In this document: positions 11,301 to 18,731 of the stretch, one piece after another
Layout: the number at the start of each line of letters is the position of its first letter
How positions within the stretch are numbered: position 1 is the first letter of the stretch
Assembly (NCBI GenBank): GCA_965248535.1
Contig: CBDFJR010000002.1
Location: forward strand, 736,001 to 800,000
Length of the DNA: 64,000 nt
Direction: 5' to 3'
Source of the DNA: Phormidesmis sp.
GTDB taxonomy: Bacteria; Cyanobacteriota; Cyanobacteriia; Leptolyngbyales; Leptolyngbyaceae
Notes under the pieces: model-generated
The model's database searches: none
Seen by the model: only the letters and a program-made list of their open reading frames with translations
Told to the model about the DNA's origin: nothing
Position numbers and translations under genes: made by a program

Positions 11301-11534
11301 TTTGATCAGGCGATCTTTACCTTAAAAACGGTTGGGTGGCAGATCGAGGGCACCTCAGACTTTGATGGCGATGGCAAACTCGATATTCTCTGGCGCAACC
11401 TTGGGAGCGGTGAGATCGCCCTGTGGAAGATGGACGGTATGACGTTGAAACAGGGGATTGTGCTGTCGCCCAATGTTAAAGACCCGGCTTGGACGATCGA
11501 GGGGATCGATCGTTTTGATCAAGTGATTTGGTAA
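8364..11534 (+). CDS. Large exoprotein: DUF4347 + cadherin-like repeats + probable choice-of-anchor Y domain + C-terminal FG-GAP/VCBS-like propeller
   Basis: LHILSHG, DILLYGC, GADVAAS..LTG..GGDW (DUF4347); VNDAPVI; GFSVVLLSNDLKGIELGF; six DxLWxN blades with GDFDGDGK; AGGAG RBS at 8355 supports ATG 8364. Confidence 0.85.
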   Translation: MTISSTSPDLLRSPLQVSADLQQLDQKSASPSFTTPPFLSQTPRSATSLLFVDRGVDHYQDLIAEVNPDTEVHLLDSTQDAISQITQTLIGRTGVSSLHILSHGAAGRLELGTHWVDRGALENHGAEVKSWSLALTENADILLYGCEVADGESGSAFVRSLSQLTGADVAASNNLTGSAALGGDWTLEIATGGIESAIAFQPEVIDYRGVLAPVVTLPSESITYTENGVAIAVGAGATVTAPDNFNGGSLTVGLSATVNSDRTADRLSIQAGGLISVDGKSIQYSGVTIGEFTGGYGAENLVVQFTNPAASAIAVQALLQTITYRDASDNIPATDTRTLSITLNDGIDNSQTVTKTINLIGVNDAPVINTLLSLDKDTGLPKNGTWLAYQDSTSVAGGTATVTAGANGLTLNSDGTAYAGFSNYAVNYSLNPLNPSITISLRNPNFPVLDRSKGFLLSFSAQLNSETSGLVDRNLDGKTDRSGFSVVLLSNDLKGIELGFRSDRIFAQEDGTTQINPALEPDGTQANKTRTLFTQGEFTTRVTTTSPTHYSLGILGDLYTLYSGGVAILSGQLRDYSAFQPQTITANVPIIGAVSVVPPSPYRQKNLIFLGDNTSSAGASVTLSGIDIVTNTALPTLTVKQNAAIVIPNLQINDFDGGTNALTVTLTALNGRITVKNNLINGVTDIAGNGTNIVKVKGTVSQINTTLLNSGLSYKSNVTFSGTDTITINADDGAPATPSKTLTMTVTPDPTVAQRHDILWHNNQSGETAIWQINGLSFTAPVSLATGPDLSWKIAATGDFDRNGTTDLLWFNDRSGEVAFWKMNGTTLEKVVSVATVGLEWKIQSTGDFDGDGKLDVLWRNFNTGEIAFWKMDDMRLDQGVFLSPIVKDTQWQIQGTGDFDGDGKLDILWRNFGTSGEIGFWKLNGMSFQSATILAPVVRDASWEISGIGDFDGDGKLDILWHNRQTGDNAFWKLNRMSFDQAIFTLKTVGWQIEGTSDFDGDGKLDILWRNLGSGEIALWKMDGMTLKQGIVLSPNVKDPAWTIEGIDRFDQVIW

Positions 11535-11563
11535 ACTTGGAAAACAAAACTCGGAGGGTTTTA

Positions 11564-11782
11564 ATCTGGCGATCGCTCTTGGGAGAGAGCCATCCCGATG
11601 TGGCAACCAGCCTCAACAATTTGGCAGTGCTTTACGCCAACCAAGGACGATTGACCGAGGCAGAACCCCTGTTGATGCAGGCGCTAGAACGATTTCAGCA
11701 AACTTTAGGAAATCAGCATCCCGATACGGTAGGAACGCAGCAGAGTGTGGTGTATTTGCGGCAAATGATTCAGGATGTTTAG
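11564..11782 (+). pseudogene. C-terminal remnant of a kinesin-light-chain-type TPR protein
   Basis: IWRSLLGESHPDVATSLNNLAVLYANQGRLTEAEPL...LGNQHPDT is about 1.5 TPR repeats with no credible start. Confidence 0.75.
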
Positions 11783-11789
11783 CAGAGCC

Positions 11790-11915
11790 GACCTTTGAGC
11801 TTAAAACTTCGACCTCTAACCTCGGAAGTTTGACTTCTGACCTCAAAACTTTGAGCTTTGAACACGAAACTTCGACCTTTGAGCACGAAACTTCGACCTT
11901 TGAGCACGAACGAAC
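11790..11915. repeat. Degenerate 21-bp (3x7) tandem repeat, about 6 units
   Basis: gacctttgagcttaaaacttc / gacctctaacctcggaagttt / gacttctgacctcaaaacttt / gagctttgaacacgaaacttc / gacctttgagcacgaaacttc / gacctttgagcacgaa. Confidence 0.88.
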
Positions 11916-11961
11916 ACGCCGTGAAGCAAAGCCATCGTGTTCTGAACCATTAAGCCGATCT

Positions 11962-12744
11962 CTAATCGTGAAGCAACGTCTCGATCGTGTCCCCCACTTG
12001 CAAACGTTTACCGACTTCAGACGGGGCAATGCGAGTGTTGACGGCGAGACGATAGAAGTGGTTAAAGCGCGAAACGGGGGCCCAAGCTGGCAATTCTGCT
12101 TTGCGATTGGCGACAAACGTTTTTTGAAACTGAGCCGTCTTTACTCCCGATCGGGCATCACGAGTCGGCACCAGACAGCGCTGACAGGGGTTGATTCCTG
12201 CAATCTGCACGTCACCTAGCTGAAACTCAACGGGCTGATCGTCAGAATATAAGCGATCTTCCCAAAAAGCAGGCACGTCTGCAATTTCTAAATTAGTCCG
12301 AAAGCGGTTTCGCACCCCCTCTACTGAGAGGTCAGGAAACCACGAAGCAACCTGCTCGATCGAGGCAGCACTGACGATCGTCGGCCCCGGTGAATCTGGA
12401 TCGTCAGGAAACCCAGTGACTAGATTTTGCTGAAGCTCAACCGCAAACCCAAAAAAATCACTCAACCAAGCCCCGATCGCCGATCGCCCATGATCTAAAT
12501 GAAAGCTCACCGGATTCTCACCCTGAACTGAAAGCGTCACCACTCTAGCGCTGAGATGAAACTGCGATCGTAGGTGATGAATCGCTGCGGTGCGTTTGCC
12601 GTTCACCCATTCTCCCTGGCGATCGACGATGGCAAATTCCCGATCGTGGGCCAAAGATCCGCCGGGCAAAATTTTGGTCTGCGTCACCGAAACGCCATCT
12701 AGAGATTTAATTGGGTAAACAAAAATCTGGCTCAAGCGAGGCAT
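11962..12744 (-). CDS. MOSC domain-containing protein
   Basis: IFVYPIKS, DREFA, RFRTNL, PCQRC; ATG 12744 gives the typical start. Confidence 0.9.
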   Translation of the reverse strand: MPRLSQIFVYPIKSLDGVSVTQTKILPGGSLAHDREFAIVDRQGEWVNGKRTAAIHHLRSQFHLSARVVTLSVQGENPVSFHLDHGRSAIGAWLSDFFGFAVELQQNLVTGFPDDPDSPGPTIVSAASIEQVASWFPDLSVEGVRNRFRTNLEIADVPAFWEDRLYSDDQPVEFQLGDVQIAGINPCQRCLVPTRDARSGVKTAQFQKTFVANRKAELPAWAPVSRFNHFYRLAVNTRIAPSEVGKRLQVGDTIETLLHD

Positions 12745-12833
12745 AGGGCGAGTGACTACTGAAGTGGGGTTGATTTTTGCCTGAGAATCGTAGCGTTCAG
12801 GAGTCCCGATCGCCGCGATTCTCCTAAACGCTT

Positions 12834-13883
12834 TTAGGCGGTTCTCGGCTTTTTGAGTTGGCGAGAAAGCACTTGAGATTTTAGACCGACCACGATCGCT
12901 TCGATCAATCGGGCCATGCCCGTCGTGTTGACATAAGTCGGAGTTTTGCCGCACTGCTTGGTGGCTTTGACAATCCCTTCAGTGTGTCGGTGCGAGGCAT
13001 ACCCCGTCAGCACTATGACTAGATCGGCATCCAAAATTTGCTGTTCTGCCTGGGCCCAAATCTGAGGGCCGGTTTGTGTAGTTGCCCAAATCAGTTCAAT
13101 ACCAGAGCCACGAAACCGATTGCGAATCGCAGTTTCGAGGCGATCGTGCCCACCCACAATCACCACTTTGCCGTCAAGGTCAGAATAGCTTTCGGGGCGG
13201 CTAGACGATTGAGTGCGCCGGGGCGTAAAAGACGTGGTTCGCCCTTCAAAGTTGAGTCGATTTCGCTGCGCCTGGTCTGCAATAAAGGTGAGGGTTTGTT
13301 CATAAGTGCCCCGCAGTCGGGCCGTGGGGAGCGCATTTTCACTGGCTTTACGATCGTAAGCATTGATCTGCGCCATCAGCGCATCTACGACTTCTGTTAA
13401 TGCACCAATGGCTTTGAGATCTTCGATAAAGCCTTTAATCGCAATAGCGGTATCGGTCGCATTGTAGAAATCAGTCTGGTCGTGAATCAGATCGAGTAAG
13501 TCAGCTTTTAATTGGGTTCGCCACCGAGTTAGGGCTTGCGTTTCTTGCTGAGAAATCAGTTGCTCTTCTTGGCGCAAAAATTCTGCGTCTACGAGCTTTT
13601 CGGCGTTGAGTTCTACGTCTTGAAGCTGTTGACGAAGGTTATCTGCCTGCTGCTCTAGCTTTTTGCGGTTTAGGCTGTCACTGATTTGATTGGTCTCATA
13701 ATCAGCGATTAAAGATTCTATTTGGGCCAGCAGGGGGGTGAGGCGACCAGTCAGCGCGTCTGCGGCTTCCTGAATCTTGCTATCGCGCTCTTTCTGAATT
13801 TGGTGTTCTTTGAGTTCTACTTGTCCGTTTTCTAAAAGTGATTGCGTTAACTGCTCAATTTCGTCAAGGTCTGAGAAATTCAT
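12834..13883 (-). CDS. Coiled-coil protein with C-terminal DUF2325-like domain
   Basis: Long heptad-rich N-half; VVIVGG...ADLVIVLTGYASH...K pattern. Confidence 0.75.
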   Translation of the reverse strand: MNFSDLDEIEQLTQSLLENGQVELKEHQIQKERDSKIQEAADALTGRLTPLLAQIESLIADYETNQISDSLNRKKLEQQADNLRQQLQDVELNAEKLVDAEFLRQEEQLISQQETQALTRWRTQLKADLLDLIHDQTDFYNATDTAIAIKGFIEDLKAIGALTEVVDALMAQINAYDRKASENALPTARLRGTYEQTLTFIADQAQRNRLNFEGRTTSFTPRRTQSSSRPESYSDLDGKVVIVGGHDRLETAIRNRFRGSGIELIWATTQTGPQIWAQAEQQILDADLVIVLTGYASHRHTEGIVKATKQCGKTPTYVNTTGMARLIEAIVVGLKSQVLSRQLKKPRTA

Positions 13884-14022
13884 AAATCACCGCTCATCCA
13901 AAAGGGTGACTTTATTTTACTAGATCGCCTCACGTCACCCCTTCAAAATGTCGATCGTTTCTGCCCGATCAAGGCAGTTGAGGGGCAAAACCTGAAACCA
14001 AGATGCACCTAATCTAGACCAA

Positions 14023-14107
14023 CGGAGAGGGGGGGATTCGAACCCCCGTTGAGTTGCCCCAAAGCGCATTTCGAGTGCGCCGCATTCAACCGCTCTGCCA
14101 CCTCTCC
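14023..14107 (-). tRNA. tRNA-Ser(CGA)
   Basis: GGAGAGG acceptor stem, GCGCA-CTCGAAA-TGCGC anticodon arm, long variable arm, GGTTCGAATCC T-loop. Confidence 0.96.
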
Positions 14108-14141
14108 AAGAGAGCTGATAACTCTCCGATTACCCATAATA

Positions 14142-16412
14142 CTATATGGATCGAGCATTGCTCTCAGAAGATTCTGAAGTCTTTTCAAACCCGGTTGCCG
14201 GAGTCCAGCGGATGGCTCCATCTTGCCCCAGAGCGAAGATCTGAGTTCCCCGATGCTGAAGTTGAGCCAGCGTCTCAGGATCGACTCGGTTTGAGTAAGC
14301 GATCGCCACAGTTGGTTTGAGCCGATCGAGCAGAAACGGCTGAAGCGCCTTCCCAGACCACCAAAGCACCTGATTATTGTTTAACGCTGGATTTGACAAC
14401 AGATCGGTTTGCTGATTTTTTGGGCTATCTTTGAGCCAAAGCCAGTTTTGGGCACCGACTTGAAACCGCACTATCTCAGGCTCTCTGCTGATTAGCTGCA
14501 CCGACGTTGAGTGCAGTTGCATTGACTGCCCGACTTCAAACGGCAGATAGCGCCCTTGGTGAGCCTGAACAGTTTGGGCGATCGTGGCCGTTTCGGCCGC
14601 CGTTAAACTCGCCAGTTGATAAAAAGATTTGGCGGGAGTTTGAGTCAGCAGGGCTGACCACCCAGCGCTGGTGGTGGGGGTCGCAAGGGTGGCGATCGCC
14701 CAGTCTAATTGATTAACGCCTTCTTTTTGCAAAAATGGCAACACCGTTGAACTAGCCGTTGATTCATCGCCACTGTTGACTAAGGCCGTTCGTCCATGAT
14801 CTTGAATCACCAGGATTGGATCGCGCAGCGTTGCGAGTAGTGTGATTTGAAGTGAGTTTGTTTTGAGATACCAGGCAGGCCCAAAGACTAAACTGATGGC
14901 GATGATTCCCAGCAGCCATGAATGAGGCTGCACGCTGGGTCGCAGCCAGGGCAAGCAAATCAACGCATATAAGATCACAGCCGAGAATGCTGAAATGGTG
15001 CCAACAGCGATCGAGTTACCAGGCAAATTGCAAAAGAAATCAATAATAATCAGCATTCCATAGGTCGGGTAATGCAGTAGCCAAGCGGATGCACTGCCCG
15101 TGATCGGCACGATCAACGCCAGCAGAGCGCTGACCACTCCTCCCAGACTAATCACAGAGATTAAAGGAGTCACGATCACATTAACGAGAATGCTGTAGGG
15201 AGAGAGAACGCCAAAGGCATATAGCTGGAGGGGTAATGTCCAAATATACGCCGCGATCGGGACGGCGATCACAGACGTAACCATAGTAGGCAGCCAGTCT
15301 AGCCACTTCACTAAGGGCGGGGCGGTGACTTGCAAGCCCATCGTTGCCAAAAAACTTAATTGAAATCCCAAATCCCAAATCCACATCGGGTTAATGATTA
15401 GAAGAATGATTGCTGCGAGTAACAGTCCTCCTAACGGTTTAACGCTGCGCTTCATTAACAGTCCTACTAACAAACCCATGCCCATAATCACCGCTCTTAA
15501 AACGGATGGCTCTAGGCCCGTTAACCCCAAAAATATCAGCAGGGCTGCCGCTCCGATCCCAGCCTGTAGGCGAGTTGAGCAATGCTTCATCAATGCTAAT
15601 ACCACACTCAAAATAAGCGATACTTGAAACCCTGACGCTGCCAGGGCATGAGACAGTCCAATCCGGGTGAATTGATCTTTGATATCAAAGGGCAGATCAA
15701 CGACTCGACTGCCTAACACCATTGAGCTAACGAGTTGCCCTTCTGGGCTGCCGAGCCAGTCGATCTGCGATCGGATAATTTTTTGGCGAATCATCCACCA
15801 GCCCCATGCCCGATCGCTGGGATGCAATATCTCGATCGTTTGTCCTCGCAGTCCTGCAAAACAGCCGTCTTGTGCCAAATAATCCTGAAAGTTAAATCCC
15901 CCTGGATTGGTCGCAGGTTTCGGTTTGTAGAGAATGCCCGCGATCGCGATCTCTTGACCGGGGGTGACTCCCGTGGCTTGCAGCAAAGGCACCGTGACAT
16001 AGAGCTTTCCGCGCACTTGGTCGGGCTGTAGGGTATCAGATCGAGTCGCTCCATCCACGCGACTGACAGACAGCCAAAGCTGTGATTTCCCACTGCGGTT
16101 GAGCCGAGGCAGTTCCATCACCTGTCCCGAAACGGTGACTTGTTGCAGTTGATTTGTGTTGGCTAATAGTCGGCTGATGTCGGTCACGCCGGGATGGGGC
16201 ACTCGCAGTTGAAAATATAAACTCGCGACTAAACCGACGACTCCTGCCCCGATCCAAATTCTAGAGCTAAACCGACCTTTCCAGAGTTTAGGTAGAGCGA
16301 TCGAGGCTCCACAACCCAGCCCCAAAACGACAAGTCCGCCCCAAACCACTCCGGTTGAGAGCAGCCCCAAAATATAAGCCAAGCTTAAGATCACGCCGCT
16401 GGTCAGATTCAC
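14142..16412 (-). CDS. comEC: Competence protein ComEC/Rec2 family
   Basis: NPGGFNFQDYL, GLSHALAASG, PSVLRA, GFQLSFLAT; start uncertain (GTG 16412 or upstream ATGs). Confidence 0.92.
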   Translation of the reverse strand: MNLTSGVILSLAYILGLLSTGVVWGGLVVLGLGCGASIALPKLWKGRFSSRIWIGAGVVGLVASLYFQLRVPHPGVTDISRLLANTNQLQQVTVSGQVMELPRLNRSGKSQLWLSVSRVDGATRSDTLQPDQVRGKLYVTVPLLQATGVTPGQEIAIAGILYKPKPATNPGGFNFQDYLAQDGCFAGLRGQTIEILHPSDRAWGWWMIRQKIIRSQIDWLGSPEGQLVSSMVLGSRVVDLPFDIKDQFTRIGLSHALAASGFQVSLILSVVLALMKHCSTRLQAGIGAAALLIFLGLTGLEPSVLRAVIMGMGLLVGLLMKRSVKPLGGLLLAAIILLIINPMWIWDLGFQLSFLATMGLQVTAPPLVKWLDWLPTMVTSVIAVPIAAYIWTLPLQLYAFGVLSPYSILVNVIVTPLISVISLGGVVSALLALIVPITGSASAWLLHYPTYGMLIIIDFFCNLPGNSIAVGTISAFSAVILYALICLPWLRPSVQPHSWLLGIIAISLVFGPAWYLKTNSLQITLLATLRDPILVIQDHGRTALVNSGDESTASSTVLPFLQKEGVNQLDWAIATLATPTTSAGWSALLTQTPAKSFYQLASLTAAETATIAQTVQAHQGRYLPFEVGQSMQLHSTSVQLISREPEIVRFQVGAQNWLWLKDSPKNQQTDLLSNPALNNNQVLWWSGKALQPFLLDRLKPTVAIAYSNRVDPETLAQLQHRGTQIFALGQDGAIRWTPATGFEKTSESSESNARSI

Positions 16413-16460
16413 GGTTACACCCATCTGCAAAGCTTCAGGGTGCCCATTCAACTCGCGATT

Positions 16461-16938
16461 CTAAATAGACAGACCCAGTTTTAACCCCAAAGCACCATGC
16501 AACAGAAGTAACCCGATCGCTGCCGTGCCCAGATAAGCGTGAACCATGCGGAATCCTGCCTTTCTCGCCGCCAAACCCGGAAGCGGCGATCGCGCCATTC
16601 AAAAACAGCAGCCCTAAAACCACATTCCCTGTCCAAAAATGCGGACTTTCTAGAATTGGTTTGTGCTGCATGACGAGGGACAACACGCCGCCTGTGTAGC
16701 CCAGTGTGATGAACAACGTCATTAACGGAGCAGCTTTTCTGTGATCAAGGCGATTTTTAATTGCAACTTCTTTGTCTGCTGCGAGTCTCCCCTGCCAGCC
16801 TGACCACGCGACATAGCTGCCCAGGATCAGCACCACAATGCCCATCATGGCTGGGTGCCCCCAATGCACGATCGGGGCTGGCACGCCCAACCCGCGAAAA
16901 AAAGCCGCGATCGGCTCTAGCGTCTCACTCAAATTCAT
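16461..16938 (-). pseudogene. DUF4079 family membrane protein with a 1-nt frameshift near 16560
   Basis: HWGHP, SPHFWTG; removing one base after GGEK gives AGFRMVHAYLGTAAIGLLLLHGALGLKLGLSI* ending at 16461. Confidence 0.75.
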
Positions 16939-17103
16939 TCTCGTGTGCTCCAAACTCAAGGGACAGATAGCGTTTTAGCAAATATTAAGAAAATATAACG
17001 TTCTTTCAGGCAAGTCAAATATATCGGACGCTACAAACCCTCAGCCCGATGGTCTTGATGATCCTGCGGCCTCTCAGTTGCAGTACGTTTTGTGTGGGAA
17101 TAT

Positions 17104-18204
17104 CTACGCGGCCCGGTTAATCTTAAACGTCACTTTGTATTTGTAGATCACGTATTTGCCTTTGTTATCCTCAGTCGGTTTCAAGGTGCCTTCTTTTTGA
17201 GCGATCGTGACTAATTTATTGACCTCGCTAGCCGCCAGATCATCCAAGATTCCATACCCTGTGTGCCCGGTGATCGTGAGTCCGCGAGTGACTAGAACAC
17301 CATCAGGAGCCACCAAAAGATTGATGTAGGCTGGCTCAGGTTTCTCAGATAAATTAAATGGCAAATTATAAGGAACGTCGGTTACTTCGATCGGTTTCTC
17401 AGCCAAACTCCCTTCAGGAACGCTGCGATCGGTGATATTTTTCTTAAACCACTCGCCATAGCTATTCAAGTTATTACCCGCCACTTCATTCGGGGTTGCA
17501 CCCGGAGATCGATAGGTAATTTTGTCTCGCAACCGCCGCATATCGTCTATCGCTTTTGCCCCAGGACGTGCTGTAGAGGGAGTAGCAGGCGGAGTCTGCG
17601 GAGTGATGGGCGATTTTGAAGGGTCGCCAGTAACGCCCGATTGAAGGTTGGCAATGCGCGGATCTGTCTGCCCGCTGGAGGGTGGGGGTGGCGTTGAGTT
17701 GGGGGATTGAGTGGGAGTCGGTTGTGCGGGCGATCGGGGAGCCGTCGATTCTGGAACAGGATTAAAGTTCTGGGGAATTTGATTCGGCTGAAAGAAAGTT
17801 GTGGGTCGAGAAGGACGGAAAGCAGGCGGATCAGGAGGCACGATCGGGCTTGAATAAGGCAAAATTGGATCTTGAAACTTATAGAGCGACGCATCTGGAG
17901 GAATCAGTGGATTGAGATCTTGCCCTAACGGAATTTTTACAGTGCTGTTCGGCGTTTTAGGAATCGGCGGCAACCCCACTTGCGAGGTGGCAGCTTGCGC
18001 TTGAGGCAGTGAATTGAGCAACCGCACCACTCGTTGGTTATCGGGCTTGGTCTCCTCAGTAGTAAACAGAGGCAGCCACAAAAAGAAAAATAAATGGGCC
18101 CCCACTGAGCCAATCACCGCCAGCGAAAACGGCTGACGCAAGGTATCCGGCAGGTTATGCAAAAACGCAGATAGGGCAGACTCAGAAGCGATCGGCTGAT
18201 TCAT
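17104..18204 (-). CDS. TonB-like protein (TM anchor, Pro-rich linker, divergent TonB C-terminal-like domain)
   Basis: TM helix with SxxxH (SVGAH), P/S/T/Q-rich linker, INLLVAPDG...TGYGILDDLA. Confidence 0.6.
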   Translation of the reverse strand: MNQPIASESALSAFLHNLPDTLRQPFSLAVIGSVGAHLFFFLWLPLFTTEETKPDNQRVVRLLNSLPQAQAATSQVGLPPIPKTPNSTVKIPLGQDLNPLIPPDASLYKFQDPILPYSSPIVPPDPPAFRPSRPTTFFQPNQIPQNFNPVPESTAPRSPAQPTPTQSPNSTPPPPSSGQTDPRIANLQSGVTGDPSKSPITPQTPPATPSTARPGAKAIDDMRRLRDKITYRSPGATPNEVAGNNLNSYGEWFKKNITDRSVPEGSLAEKPIEVTDVPYNLPFNLSEKPEPAYINLLVAPDGVLVTRGLTITGHTGYGILDDLAASEVNKLVTIAQKEGTLKPTEDNKGKYVIYKYKVTFKINRAA

Positions 18205-18358
18205 GGCATTCGTCGAGCGACGGTTTTAGGATCTCTACCGCTCAAATCTTAGCGCTAGACTTCTCTATTAGGCGCTGCAATCTTAGGTTTTCTCTGTGAC
18301 TTTGAGGCCCAGAAAAAGTTTCAGCCGTTTCTCTAGGGTGATTTGAGTAAGCTGGCAG

Positions 18359-18374
18359 TGCGATCGAGATCACA
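18359..18374. promoter_or_regulatory. Putative CRP-type binding site upstream of cyaC
   Basis: TGCGA-tcgaga-TCACA versus consensus TGTGA-N6-TCACA. Confidence 0.5.
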
Positions 18375-18614
18375 CAACCTTTATATAAGCAGCGTTAGAA
18401 CCCCCGCCCCTAGGGGCAATTTTAGTAAAGACGTGCTTGGTGGATTATCTTGAATCTGGTAACAACGGCTCTAGCGTCGATAGATCAGTGGGCGATCGGC
18501 TTCGCTCACCTCCGAAAGATCGGTTCAAATCTCAAGTTGAGGTGGGTGCAGATAAATCTTCGGCTGTTGCTGTTATCAGTGATCGCCAACCCGATCTTGG
18601 GCAAACTAATCACT

Positions 18615-18731
18615 ATGTTGGCAATTGAGACTCTCACAATTCATCGCATCACGACGCAGCGCCCCATCCCGGTCAAAGACGAGGTGGCTGCGATCGTGAG
18701 TCTTTTCCGGCAGCAGGAGCGTGGTGCATGA
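18615..18731 (+). CDS. Putative 38-aa upstream ORF coupled to cyaC
   Basis: MLAIETLTIHRITTQRPIPVKDEVAAIVSLFRQQERGA*; its TGA overlaps the cyaC ATG (ATGA). Confidence 0.4.
   Translation: MLAIETLTIHRITTQRPIPVKDEVAAIVSLFRQQERGA

Noticed and set aside
11613..12219. ORFs 11613-12116 (-) and 11830-12219 (+)
   Set aside because: Open only because of the 21-bp repeat, and they overlap the MOSC gene and TPR remnant
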